Source: Ostreococcus lucimarinus
Taxonomy: Eukaryota
Assembly: GCA_000092065.1 (NCBI GenBank)
Contig: CP000585.1
Reading direction: 5' to 3' (one strand)
Length of the DNA stretch: 64,000 bases
Positions 10,374-19,893 of the stretch are shown in pieces (within the stretch, counting starts at the first letter, position 1; every line of letters starts with the position of its first letter). The notes beneath the pieces were generated by a model. The model worked only from the letters and a program-made list of their open reading frames with translations, was not told the DNA's origin and did no database searches. The position numbers and the translations under genes are program-made.

Positions 10374-10565
10374 CGGAGTTGGCGCGGCCATCGCGCGTCG
10401 CCAATATAGTCATAGATCGCTGTACAACAACCACATTCTTTCGGCACTCATCGCGCCGCGCGATGGCGAGAAGAATCGAAACCGCGGCGCGCCGAGCGCG
10501 ACAGCTCTCTCGCGTTTGAATCTCCCCGACCTCACAAATCCGCGCACGATCGCGCGCGCGCCGCG

Positions 10566-11141
10566 ATGCCGCCTAAAACCCCCAAAACCGTCCTCGACAA
10601 GGTTTTGCACGCCATCGAGACCCTGCAAACGCCCGGCGGATCGTCGCGCCAAGCCATCGCGAAATATCTCAAGGAACACTTCGACGCCGATAACGCTCCC
10701 GCACTCAAGCGCGCGCTCGCCAAGGGCGTCGCCGACGGCAAGCTCGAACAGAGCGGGCAATCTTTCTCGATTCCTGGCCTCGAATTCGACGCGCCCGAGG
10801 ACGAAAAGGTGAAGATTGAAGTCTTGGACGAGGGACGGTACGCGAGCGAGTCGGGACGGTGCGAGCGAGGCGACCAAGTGATGGTGGACTACGTCGGCAC
10901 GCTCGCGGCCACGGGCGAGGAGTTCGATCGCTCGGACGGACCGTTTCGGTTTAATCTCGGGTACGGCGAGGTGATCAAGGGATGGGAAGAGGGAGTGATC
11001 GGAATGCGGTGCGACGAGACGAGACGGTTGACGATTACGCCAAAGTTGGCGTACGGGAAACGAGGGAGTCCACCGGAAATCCCGCCGGACGCGACGTTGG
11101 TGTTCGAGGTGACGATGTTGCGGTTCGAGCCGGTGGGATGA
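10566..11141 (+). CDS. linker-histone (H15 winged-helix) domain fused to FKBP-type peptidyl-prolyl cis-trans isomerase
   Basis: N-terminal LDKVLHAIETLQTPGGSSRQAIAKYLKEHF...ALKRALAKGVADGKLEQSGQSFSI resembles the H1/H5 globular domain. The C-terminus GDQVMVDYVGTLAATGEEFDRSDGPFRFNLGYGEVIKGWEEGVIGMRCDETRRLTITPKLAYGKRGSPPEIPPDATLVFEVTML is a canonical FKBP domain. Confidence 0.85.
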   Translation: MPPKTPKTVLDKVLHAIETLQTPGGSSRQAIAKYLKEHFDADNAPALKRALAKGVADGKLEQSGQSFSIPGLEFDAPEDEKVKIEVLDEGRYASESGRCERGDQVMVDYVGTLAATGEEFDRSDGPFRFNLGYGEVIKGWEEGVIGMRCDETRRLTITPKLAYGKRGSPPEIPPDATLVFEVTMLRFEPVG

Positions 11142-11210
11142 GCGCGCGGTCGTCGGGGGTTCGATTACTCGAGGGTCGGCGTCGACGGGCGCGTCAGACG
11201 ACGCCTCGAC

Positions 11211-12293
11211 ATGCGCGCGGCGGCGACGGCTCGACCATCGACGGCTCGACCGTCGACGTCCGCGAGACGCGCGCGGCGAGCGCGAACGCGCGCCGTGCGT
11301 GATGAACGAATCGACTTCCTCTCCACGACGCTCATCGTCGACGACCTGGTGTTCGCGGACGGGACGACGCGGATGGCGGTGCTCGGCGGCGGTGGGCCGC
11401 AGACGCTGTTCGGCGCTGCGGTGACGTCCGACGGTGAGCTCACGCTCGGTCTCGTCGCGGGCGTGGGCGAGGGCGATTGCCCGGAGACGTGCGCGAGGTG
11501 GCTCGCGGACATTGGCGCGGAAGCGTTTTTGTTGACGTTGGGGACGTCGACGCCGCGGGCGTGGCAAATCACCGAACGCGACGGACGTCGCACGCAGGTG
11601 TGGAGATTGGACGCAAGCGATGCTTTGTACGCGATGTTGCGTCCGAAATACGCGATTTGGCCAGAGAAGTGTAAGCGTGCGAACGCGGTGCACTTTGGCT
11701 TGAATCCGTCGCGACCAGACGTCGAGCTCGTGCAAGCGCTTCGCGAAGGCGGGTGCGGCTTGATTTCGATCGAACCGTTCACGCACGCCGAGGCACCGCT
11801 ATCGAGGAAAGATTTGGAAAATCTCGTTTCCATGGGTGATGTTTTCTCGCCGAATGAGCGCGAGGCGAGGAGTTTCTTTGCGAAGGGCGACGGGATGTCG
11901 CCGAAGGATTTGATCAAAGCCATGCGAAAAGCTGGGGCGACGATATGTTGTTTGCGGCGCGGGTCGCGCGGTGCGATGGTGTATGATTCGCGAACGAACG
12001 AGGGTTACGAGTGCGAGGCGCTCTCTGCGAATGTCGTAGACGAAACTGGATGCGGCAACGCGTTTTGCGGCGCTTTCGCCGCCGCCTTGGCGCAGGGCGC
12101 CACGATACGCGACGGTCTTATCCGTGGAACGGTTGCGGCGAGCATCATGCTCGAACACGTTGGCGTCCCAAACGGCACATTGGTCGAGTATCGCGCCGAA
12201 GCAGCGAGGCGTGCGAACTTGATCAATCCCGTTGCGTTTAGTCTCGACGAAGAGGTTGCCGCGTTCGTCGACTTCGACGAGTACATCCCCTAG
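11211..12293 (+). CDS. pfkB-family carbohydrate kinase (ribokinase/fructokinase-like), probable plastid presequence
   Basis: N-terminal GGGG substrate-lid region (AVLGGGGPQT) and C-terminal DETGCGNAFCGAFAAALAQG matching the pfkB signature 2 (DTTGAGD). The first ~45 aa are Ala/Arg/Ser/Thr-rich. Confidence 0.8.
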   Translation: MRAAATARPSTARPSTSARRARRARTRAVRDERIDFLSTTLIVDDLVFADGTTRMAVLGGGGPQTLFGAAVTSDGELTLGLVAGVGEGDCPETCARWLADIGAEAFLLTLGTSTPRAWQITERDGRRTQVWRLDASDALYAMLRPKYAIWPEKCKRANAVHFGLNPSRPDVELVQALREGGCGLISIEPFTHAEAPLSRKDLENLVSMGDVFSPNEREARSFFAKGDGMSPKDLIKAMRKAGATICCLRRGSRGAMVYDSRTNEGYECEALSANVVDETGCGNAFCGAFAAALAQGATIRDGLIRGTVAASIMLEHVGVPNGTLVEYRAEAARRANLINPVAFSLDEEVAAFVDFDEYIP

Positions 12294-12333
12294 TTTAGCT
12301 CTAGATGTTCAGATTAAAGTTATGCAACGCGTT

Positions 12334-13325
12334 TTATTTACACTCCTCCTCCTCGTCTTCTGGGTCACCTCCGGCGTGATAGAACGGACTCGTCGTCAAC
12401 TTGCGGCGAGTGTCGACGACGACGAGCGGGCGGCACTCGCAGTTCTGCGGCCACGCGTGCATGTGTTCGCGCATATTTTCGCTCGGCACGTGTCCACCGA
12501 AGCAGTACTCCACCATTAGATTGCACATGAACGCCGAGTGTGTGACGACTATGATTGAATCTTCCTCGCGATCGAAACACCAGTCGAGAAACTTTCGCGC
12601 TCGCGCTCGCAGCACCGGTTCGGGCTCGCGATTCTCTCGGCCCGGCTTCCACAACACGTCGTCCTCGTCCTCGATGAACGAAAAGTCAACCCCAGGAAAC
12701 TCTCGTCGATATTCGCTGACGCTGCGCCGTCTATCGCACGGATTCCCGCCTATTTGCTCGCGCACCATTTCGAGCGCGACGAATTTCTTCCCCCCGCGCA
12801 ACCGCGCGTCGCACCTCAACGCCGGTCGTTCGCACGCCTTCATCGCCTCCGCCCTCGTCGCCTCCATCAGCACGCACCCATCGCCGTCGACCGATCCGAA
12901 CATCCCCGCCGCCGTCTCCATCGCTCGCGTCAACGGCGACACCACCACCAGTTCGCACGTCTCCAACATTTTCCCGTACGCGTCGCGCGACTCGAGCGTC
13001 TCTTTAAAATGTTCGCACTGTCGCCATCCTCGCGCCGTGAGTCTCGCGTCCGCGTACGCCTCGCTCCCGTACTCCTTCGGGTCTCGCTCGCCCGCTGCGC
13101 TCCCGGCGCTCGACGCGCGCCGTCAGTCGTTTTCCTTCGGCTTTCGTCACCGACCGTCTCTGATTTCAATCTTCTCGCGCGTCGCGTCCGTCGCGTCGCG
13201 CGCGTCGCACCTCGATTGTGAAACCCCTCGGCGTGTCGTATGAGATAGATCGTCTTCGTCGCGCCCGCCGGCGCGCAGTGCACGTCGCGCGCGTCCGCGC
13301 TCGGCGGATGGCGCACCCAGCCCAT
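12334..13325 (-). CDS. phosphoglycerate-mutase-like histidine phosphatase, two exons: join(13211..13325, 12334..13094), intron ~13095..13210 (116 nt, phase 1)
   Basis: Exon 1 ends ...KTIYLIRHAEGFHNRG (RHG catalytic motif) with donor GTGCGA. The intron has CTGACGG followed by GCGCAG. Exon 2 continues A-GERDPKEYGSEAYADARLTARGWRQCEHFKETLE...ELVVVSPLTRAMETAAGMFG. The spliced product aligns with plant PGAM-like proteins (HNVEGEKNHKAYLSEDLFDAHLTPLGWQQ...ELVVVSPLLRTLQTAVGTFG). Confidence 0.8.
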
Positions 13326-13637
13326 GTCGCGGCGAAAAGTGCCGTCGCGGTGCCGACCCGGTGCCGCACTCGCCGTCGCGCGATGGCGGCGACGCGCGGG
13401 GAGTACGCGACGTACGGCGTGGGCGCGTTTTTGGCGTGCGTGTCGAGGGTGCGCGACGGCGCGACGCGACGCGACGCGACGCGACGGCGCGGCGCGACGG
13501 CGCGACGGCGCGACGGCGCGACGCTTTCTCTTCGCCGCGACGACGCGTCGACGCGCGAACGCGACGCGCGAAGGAGCGACGCGCGAAGAAGCGCGGACTG
13601 ACGGGAGTCGTGACTCGCGTGACAGGGCGTCACGGGC

Positions 13638-14528
13638 GTGGGCGCGGCGATACTGTTCCTCGTGACCTGGGTCGTGTTCTCCGTGGCGGGCGCGGAGACG
13701 AGCTCGCTGAAGGACACGGTGGCGCTGGAGGCGTTCGTGGGATTGGTGACCATGGTGCCGTTCATCACGTCGGCGAACATTCGCGAACACACGAATTGGG
13801 TGATACTGGCGTCGTTTTTACCGTGTCAGGCGGCGAGTGTGCCGTTGGGGGCGCTCGCGTTGCAGAGGGTGTCGCCGGCGTATTTGGAGCTGACGTTTTC
13901 GGCGTTGATCGCGTTGTTCGTGAGCGAACGCACGGGGGCGTTCGGGTACGTCGCGCGAAAGTGTGGAGGTGGCGAGAGTACGACGACGGTATCGACGACT
14001 GCCGGTGACGGTGATGGCGACGCACGGGGCGTGAACGCACCCGACGTGGAGACGGGCGAAGAGGTCGAGGCGCGCGCAAACTGGTGGAAAGAGCCCAAGA
14101 AATTCCTCATGTTGCCCGTGGACAACGATGGCTTGACATTCAACGGCGAAAATTGGAAGTTTATGCTTTGTTGGGCCGTCGCTGGGTGCATGAGTGGCTT
14201 TTTGGGCGGTATGACGGGCACGCACGGTCCGCCGGCCATCGCGTGTTACACGATGATGAAGGTGAGTAAAGACATCGTGCGCGCCACGAGCGCGGCGATT
14301 CTTGTCACAGTCATGTGCTCGCGCCTCGTCACGTACGCCGTGAACGGGATGTTTGACATTAGTAAACCCGGCGTCTACGGCACCGCTGGCGGCTGCGGAC
14401 TCGCCGGCGTGTTCCTCGGCATTTACGCGCAAAAGTTCGTCGACAAGGACCAGTTTACGAAAATTTTACTCGGCATCCTCGGACTCGGTTCGGTGCTCAT
14501 GCTCTACAAGGGCATCGAAGATCTATGA
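13638..14528 (+). CDS. TauE/SafE (TSUP, DUF81) family 4+4 TM anion permease
   Basis: Two internally repeated 4-TM halves with Gly-rich helices (LGGMTGTHGPPAIACYTMM, GTAGGCGLAGVFLGIYAQKF) separated by an acidic loop. The length and topology fit TauE/SafE sulfite-exporter-like permeases. Confidence 0.7.
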   Translation: MGAAILFLVTWVVFSVAGAETSSLKDTVALEAFVGLVTMVPFITSANIREHTNWVILASFLPCQAASVPLGALALQRVSPAYLELTFSALIALFVSERTGAFGYVARKCGGGESTTTVSTTAGDGDGDARGVNAPDVETGEEVEARANWWKEPKKFLMLPVDNDGLTFNGENWKFMLCWAVAGCMSGFLGGMTGTHGPPAIACYTMMKVSKDIVRATSAAILVTVMCSRLVTYAVNGMFDISKPGVYGTAGGCGLAGVFLGIYAQKFVDKDQFTKILLGILGLGSVLMLYKGIEDL

Positions 14529-14670
14529 TATTCGGTCATTAATACTCGACCACCAGTTATATTCTTTGTAGTCTGTTGTATGGTATTCGCATCGCTCGCG
14601 CCGCGCGACGTCCCGCTCGCCGCGCTCGCGCGAGCGTCGACGCCTCAGACGCCGCCGCGCGCTTCTCGAG

Positions 14671-15546
14671 ATGTCGGACAGCGCCGCGCGCGTCACCGCC
14701 GCGAGACGCGCGAAGGAACGCGGGAGCGATTTGTACAAATCTGGCAAGTGGCGTGACGCCGCGGACGCGTTCGGGGAGGCGATTAAAATCGCCCCGCGAG
14801 ATGACGAAGACGTCGCCGTCTACCATTCCAATCGCGCGGCGGCGCTCCTGCAACTCGGCGACGCGAAAGCCGCGCGCTCGGACGCGGAGAAATGCGTGCG
14901 TCTTCGCCCGCACTGGGCTCGCGGGTGGTCGCGCGTGGCCGCGGCGTGCGAAATGCTGCAAGATGACGCCGGCGCCGAGCGGGCGTTGGAAAAGTTGATT
15001 TCGCTCGACGCCGATAACGCGGACGCGAGGCGGAACCTGAACGCGGTGCGGGCGAGAATGCGCGAGCGCGGTGGCGCGTCTCGGGGATGGCGCATGCCGT
15101 CGATGCCGTCGATGCCGTCGATGCCGTCGATGCCAGACGTGTCGGCGACGGCGGCGGCGGGCGCGGCGTTTTGTCGCATGCGCTACGCGCGCGCGACGCC
15201 GAACGAGCAGTTGGCGGTGAAGTGCGCGCTCGGCGTTTTAGCGTACTTTGTGTTCAAGCGCGTGGCGAGCGTTTTCGGATTCGGTGGTTACGGCTACGGT
15301 TCGTACGGTGGTGGTTACGATCCGTACGACGGCGGTGGTTTTTCGTTGTATACGCTCTTGGGCGTGGTGGCGCTGTACTACGCTCACAAGAGCGGCGCGA
15401 GTTGGTGGAACTTGCTTTCGATCGCAAACATGTTTGGCTTGACCGGAGGAGGTCGGCGTAGAGGCTACGGCGGCTACGGCGGCTACGGCGGCTACGGCGG
15501 CTACGGCCGACCCGGGTTCGGCGGACCGGGGATGTTCTTTCGATGA
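14671..15546 (+). CDS. TPR-repeat protein with C-terminal TM segment and Gly/Tyr-rich low-complexity tail (TOM20/OEP-like architecture)
   Basis: Three Hop/STI1-type TPR repeats (KERGSDLYKSGKWRDAADAFGEAIKIAP...VYHSNRAAALLQLGD...WARGWSRVAAACEML). These are followed by a (MPS)n repeat, a hydrophobic helix (ALGVLAYFVFKRVASVF) and (GYG)n repeats. Confidence 0.65.
   Translation: MSDSAARVTAARRAKERGSDLYKSGKWRDAADAFGEAIKIAPRDDEDVAVYHSNRAAALLQLGDAKAARSDAEKCVRLRPHWARGWSRVAAACEMLQDDAGAERALEKLISLDADNADARRNLNAVRARMRERGGASRGWRMPSMPSMPSMPSMPDVSATAAAGAAFCRMRYARATPNEQLAVKCALGVLAYFVFKRVASVFGFGGYGYGSYGGGYDPYDGGGFSLYTLLGVVALYYAHKSGASWWNLLSIANMFGLTGGGRRRGYGGYGGYGGYGGYGRPGFGGPGMFFR
15093..15136 (+). repeat. 9-bp coding tandem repeat (GATGCCGTC)x4.5 encoding (MPS)n
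   Basis: gcatgccgtcgatgccgtcgatgccgtcgatgccgtcgatgcca inside the TPR gene. The antisense ORF reads (GIDGIDGID). Confidence 0.9.
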
Positions 15547-15580
15547 ACGCGTACGATTACATCGGCGCGTGGAAAACGCC

Positions 15581-15597
15581 TAGCCTAGCCTAGCCTA
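15581..15597. repeat. (TAGCC)3 microsatellite in convergent 3' UTR spacer
   Basis: tagcctagcctagccta between the stop codons of the TPR gene (15546) and FRA10AC1 (15609). Confidence 0.85.
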
Positions 15598-15608
15598 AAT
15601 CGCTAAAT

Positions 15609-16283
15609 CTACATCTCCAACAGTCCCCGCAACGCCTCCCTCGCATCGTCCTTTTCCGCATCCCGTTTCCTCTTCCTATCCTTCTTCTCTCGCTTCCTAT
15701 CCTTCGGCTTCGCCCTCGAGACCCCCCCGCCGGCGCCGAGCTTCTCCGCGCACCGCGCGCACGCGCGCACCTTCATCATCGCCTTCTTCCTCACCCCTCC
15801 CTCGTCGTACGCGAACACGCACTCGAACGACGCCAACCCATCGCTCGTCTCGCATCTCTTCTCGCCGCACGTGAACTGCCCCTTCCCCGCCCGCACCTCC
15901 GCCGCCGTTCGCCACCGCGCCCCCGTCTCGCCGTCTCGCGTCGTCGCGTCGAACACCGCGTACGCCTTGTACAGCTTTTCGTGATACCGTCTCGCCAGTC
16001 GCACCGCCCACGCGTCGCCGCGCCTTTCGTCCTCCTCGTCGTCTCTCACGAATCGGTGCTCGCGCGCCAGCGCGTCGCCGTCGCCGCGCGCGCGCCGCGC
16101 GTTCGCGCCGCAGAACCGCTCGTGCGCGTCGAGCAGCGCGGCGTGACGCGCGCGAGGGCTCAGCCGCGCGAAGTCGGCGCGATCGAGCGCGGCGCGCGCG
16201 ACGTCGTCGCCGCGCGCGCGCCGCATCGCGCGTCGCGGCGTGCGGGCGACCGACCGCGCGGGCGCCGTGCACGCATAAATCAT
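15609..16283 (-). CDS. FRA10AC1: FRA10AC1 homologue (fragile-site-associated nuclear protein family)
   Basis: KLYKAYAVFDATTRDGETGARWRTAAEVRAGKGQFTCGEKRCETSDGLASFECVFAYDEGGVRKKAMMKVRACARCAEKL matches the conserved FRA10AC1 core (EYAICDLS...RWRTEKEV..GKGQF.CGNKHC...L.SWEVNFGY.E...K..LVKLRLC..C..KL). A basic KDRKREKKDRKRKRD tail follows. The track start at 16283 lies inside the tandem duplication, so the true start may be the ATG at ~16226 (MRRARGDD...). Confidence 0.8.
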   Translation of the reverse strand: MIYACTAPARSVARTPRRAMRRARGDDVARAALDRADFARLSPRARHAALLDAHERFCGANARRARGDGDALAREHRFVRDDEEDERRGDAWAVRLARRYHEKLYKAYAVFDATTRDGETGARWRTAAEVRAGKGQFTCGEKRCETSDGLASFECVFAYDEGGVRKKAMMKVRACARCAEKLGAGGGVSRAKPKDRKREKKDRKRKRDAEKDDAREALRGLLEM

Positions 16284-16396
16284 CCATCACACATGGGCGA
16301 ACGGGTCGCAGAGTACGCGATCGAACGCGCGGGCGCCGTACACGCATAAATCATCACACATGGGCGAACGGGTCGCGGAGTACGCGATCGAACGCC
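16258..16396. repeat. tandem duplication, 2 x ~70 bp (GCGGGCGCCGTRCACGCATAAATCATC[CAT]CACACATGGGCGAACGGGTCGCRGAGTACGCGATCGAACGC)
   Basis: Copies at 16258..16328 and 16329..16396 differ by a 3-nt indel and 2 substitutions. The array sits between the divergent FRA10AC1 (minus) and SC5D (plus) genes. Each copy carries an ATG opening the same short reading frame (MIYACTAPARS). Confidence 0.9.
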
Positions 16397-16617
16397 CGCG
16401 GCGCGCGATAAAAATCGACCGCGCGACGTCACCCGTTTGACCGCGGCGCCGCACACGCCGGCGCGCCGCGCGACCGCGCGCGCACGAGCGCGCGGACGTC
16501 GAGCGCGACGTGAAGCGTCGCGTCGTCGCGGCGAGCGCGCGCGCGACGCGAGGAAGCGAACGCGACGCGACGCGAGGAAGCGAACGCGAAGACGCATTCG
16601 CGCGCGCGGCGCGCACG

Positions 16618-17514
16618 ATGAGCGAGGTGCCGATCGTCGTCGGCCTGCTGCACGGCTTCGACGGCACGGGACACTGGTTGAATCACGTGCTGATCGATCG
16701 GTACGTGCTCGGGGTGACGAAGGCGGGAGACGCGTACGATCCGTCGAGATATTCGATGGCGAGAAAGTTTACGGTCATGTGGGCCTTTTTGACGTTTTTC
16801 ACGTACGCGCTGTACTTTACGCTGTGCCCGTTGTCGTATTGGTGGAATTTTAAGCGGAAGAACGCGGAGGGGAAGAATAAGGCGAAATGGCTCGGTCGCG
16901 AGGGGAAGGATCAGGTGAAAAACGAGATCGTGCTCTCGGTGTGGTCCATCGCGGTGATGACGTTTATGATTGCGCCGTTCGAGCTGATGGTCGAGGCGGG
17001 ATGGACGAAGTTGTATTGGGACGTCGATAAGTACGGCATGACGTACTTTTGTCTCACGCCGTTGTTGTTTTTGGTGTTCAGCGACACGTGCATTTATTGG
17101 ATTCATCGCGGGTTGCATCATCGCGCGGTGTACGCGCCGATTCACAAGTTGCACCACAAGTACAAGGACACGACGCCGTTTAGCGCGTACGCGTTTCACC
17201 CGCTCGACGGCTGGTTACAAGGGTGCCCGTATCACTTGTTCATCTTCCTGTTCCCCATGCATCACATGACTTACTTTATTTCTCTCGCCATCGTTGGTTT
17301 GTGGACGATCAATATCCACGACCGCGTTTCGATGCGGTTTCCTTACGTCAACTGCGCGGCGCACCACACGATTCATCACACGGGGTTCAATTACAACTAC
17401 GGGCAGTACTTTACGTTTTGGGACAAAATCGGAGGGTCGTACAGGGACCCGCACTCATACCCGCCTTACGCGGACAAGAACCCGAACTTGACGACTAGCA
17501 AAAAAGCTGATTGA
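16618..17514 (+). CDS. SC5D: sterol C-5 desaturase (lathosterol oxidase, ERG3/SC5D/STE1; fatty-acid hydroxylase superfamily)
   Basis: Three His boxes in the canonical order and spacing: HRGLHH, HKLHHKY, HHTIHHTGFNYNYGQYFTFWDKIGGSY. The protein aligns closely with the ERG3/SC5D core (WIHR.LHH...HK.HH...PF...AFHP.DG..Q..PYH.F.F.FP.H). The track ORF starts at a GTG at 16510; the first ATG is at 16618 (MSEVPIVVGLL). Confidence 0.9.
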   Translation: MSEVPIVVGLLHGFDGTGHWLNHVLIDRYVLGVTKAGDAYDPSRYSMARKFTVMWAFLTFFTYALYFTLCPLSYWWNFKRKNAEGKNKAKWLGREGKDQVKNEIVLSVWSIAVMTFMIAPFELMVEAGWTKLYWDVDKYGMTYFCLTPLLFLVFSDTCIYWIHRGLHHRAVYAPIHKLHHKYKDTTPFSAYAFHPLDGWLQGCPYHLFIFLFPMHHMTYFISLAIVGLWTINIHDRVSMRFPYVNCAAHHTIHHTGFNYNYGQYFTFWDKIGGSYRDPHSYPPYADKNPNLTTSKKAD

Positions 17515-17713
17515 TCGATTAATAATTGTTTGTAACGCTCACGAAGAATTTAGCGAAAGGGGTGCGCGTCGCGCCGACGAAAAGCTTTTTGGTTTTATCG
17601 TTACAGTGAAAGGCTCCTTTGTGTCTTCTAATCTCCGAAAATATGCATCACCGAGACGACGCGATCACTTTCGCATCTCAAAAAACCAGCGGCCGACGGC
17701 GCTCGCCGTTCGC

Positions 17714-18666
17714 TTACAGGTACTTTTCCACCGTCCCGGTGAGCGTGCTCTTCGGCACCGCGCCAATCACAGTGTCCATCTTTTGACCACCCTTGAAGAT
17801 CATCACGGTCGGGATGGAACGAATGCCGTACTCCGTCGCCACGCTAGGGGATTCATCCGTGTTAAGCTTGACCTGCACGCGCACAAAAATCGTTGAAACT
17901 CGTCAGTCGCCGCGCTTTGTTTGTCTCACCGCGTCACCCTCGCTCGACGCCGCCCCGCGCGCGGCGTTCTACGCTCGCGCGCGCACCCTCGCGCGCGCCA
18001 TCGCGCGCGACTACACTCGCGATCGAACATTTTCAACGTACCGCCTTGAGCTTCCCTTGGTACTCCTCCGCGAGTTGATCAATCAAAGGCGCAATCATTC
18101 GGCACGGCCCGCACCACGGCGCCCAAAAATCCACGAGCACCGGAACGTCGGACTTCAACACTTCCGCCTCAAACGTCGCGTCCGTGACCACGGTCGCGAG
18201 CGAGCCTGCGCGTGCACACACATTTTCATCCGTCAGTCGCCTCGTTCGCGAATATCGCGCGTCCGCGCGCGCCGCGATTCTCTTGTCTATAGAGCCCTCG
18301 GACCCCCACACCCGGGTGGCTTATCGCGAACGCGATCAGGGGTAACGACGCGATTCCCATCGCGCCCGCGCGCCGCGCGCCGCCCCGCATCCGCCCCCCG
18401 GCGCCCGCGTTCGACGCGCGTAAATCTCCACCGCGCATTCCCACCCCTCGACGTCCGAGCGTCGCGTCGCGCGCGCGTCGCGCGTCGCGAATGCACCGCG
18501 CGCGCGCGCCCGCGATCGCGCGCATCTTCATTCGCGTTGACGCACCGCTCGTGCTCGTCTCCTCCGCGCGCGCGACGACGCGCGCGCGGTTGGACGGCGT
18601 TCTATTTTGGTGCGTTTTTCGCGTCACCGAGGTCATCGCGGGGCATCGCGCGAGGGTGAGCGACAT
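17714..18666 (-). CDS. TRX: thioredoxin (m-type, plastid-targeted), three exons: join(18546..18666, 18042..18205, 17714..17872)
   Basis: Exons 2 and 3 encode [54 protein letters not shown] then [52 protein letters not shown]-stop. Intron 2 starts GTACGT and ends GTGCAG. Exon 2 is preceded by CGACTGACGG...GCGCAG, an acceptor context. Putative exon 1 ([41 protein letters not shown]) ends at a GTGCGT donor in phase 1, which restores the frame. Exon 1 is the less certain part. Confidence 0.8.
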
Positions 18667-18866
18667 CGTATACGCGCGTCGCGCGATGCCGACGTGGCCA
18701 TTATCCGAGTTGATCCGGCGCGGTAAACAATGATCCGTGTTGTATTGCACGAAACGACCCCATGTTTCTTTGAGTCAAGATCCGTCAGAGCTGAGGATCA
18801 CGTATTTCGAGCGCTGGAAGCGCATGAGTCGCGCGACGCGGCCGCCGCACGCCGCGGCGCGCGGCG

Positions 18867-19797
18867 ATGGCGACGCCGGCGTCCACCGTCGCGGGCACGC
18901 GCGTGGTGAAGATCGGGGACGCGTCGCTCGAGGTGCGGACGCGCGCGACGCGCGCGCGCGACGGCGCGACGGCGCGAACGCGCCAACGCGCGCGATGGGC
19001 GATGGGCGACTGACGGCGCGGTGACGACGACGCAGGTGCCCTCGTTCGTGAGCGCGTCGAACGTCGGGACGAGCGCGCCGCGAAAGAAGCATTTTCGTCA
19101 GCGCGCGCACTGTAATCCGTTGAACGATGGGTACTATTACGCGCCCGTGGGACCGTGGGAGATCGACTGGCGCGAGCACTACGAGGAATTTTTCGCGAAG
19201 CGGGACGGCGACGGCGACGCGGGAAGTCTGAAGATACGCTTCGCGGACGTCGGATGTGGGTTCGGAGGGATGCTCGTGCGACTGGCGGAGGTGTTTCCGG
19301 AAAAGTTGATGCTCGGGATGGAGATACGGGACAAGGTGAGCGAGTACGTGCGCGAGCGGTGCGCGGCGTTGCGCAAGGACCACCCGGGTAAGTACTGGAA
19401 CATTTCGTGCGTGCGGGCGAACGCGATGAAAAATTTGCCGCAATATTTCGAAAAGGGGCAATTGGAGAAGCTCTTCTTTTTGTTTCCCGATCCACACTTC
19501 AAGGCGGCGAATCATAGGCGAAGAATCGTGACGACGACGTTACTCGCCGAGTACGCGTACGTGCTCGCCGAGGGCGGAATTTTGTACACCATCACCGACG
19601 TCGAGGAACTCGGTAAATGGATGTCCGATCACATGTCCGCGCATCCAATGTTTGAACGCGTGCCCGAGGCTGAGCTCACGAAAGATCCCGTGGTGCCGCT
19701 CCTTTACACGGGCACCGAGGAAGGGCAAAAAGTTGAGCGAAACTCGGGTTCGACGTTTCTCAACGTCTTCAGGCGCGTCGCCAACCCGAACCATTAG
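18867..19797 (+). CDS. TRMB: tRNA (guanine46-N7)-methyltransferase (METTL1/Trm8/TrmB), two exons: join(18867..18932, 19036..19797)
   Basis: Exon 2 encodes KKHFRQRAHCNPL..DWREHY...IRFADVGCGFGGMLVRLAEVFPEKLMLGMEIRDKVSEYV...LFFLFPDPHFKAANHRRRIV, which matches METTL1 (YYRQRAHSNP...FADIGCGYGGLL..L...FPD.L.LGLEIR.KV..YV...FFLFPDPHFK). The track start at 19021 is a GTG immediately preceded by CTGACGG...CGACGCAG (an acceptor). The upstream exon is MATPASTVAGTRVVKIGDASLE ending at a GTGCGG donor. Exon 1 is moderately confident. Confidence 0.8.
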
Positions 19798-19893
19798 TTA
19801 GCGCGCGTCAAGACGCAACGTAGTTTTCTAGATTCTAAGCCATCACAGTATTACATGATTCCCTACGTGCGCGCGACTTCCTCGCCCTCGCTC

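Noticed and set aside
11150-11175. GGTTCGATT, resembling a tRNA T-loop, just after the FKBP stop codon
   Set aside because: No complementary T-stem, acceptor stem or anticodon arm could be folded around it.
10410-11786. 458-aa minus-strand ORF antisense to the FKBP and pfkB genes
   Set aside because: Arg/Pro-rich with no motifs, and lying across two homology-supported plus-strand genes. It is a compositional artefact.
12232-12519. Small plus-strand ORFs inside the PGAM-like gene (12232..12519, 12401..13243, 12754..13221)
   Set aside because: They are antisense or alternative-frame to a gene whose spliced product is homology-supported along its full length.
16429-17199. 256-aa minus-strand ORF antisense to the sterol desaturase
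   Set aside because: His/Arg-rich mirror image of the His-box gene. There is no independent support.
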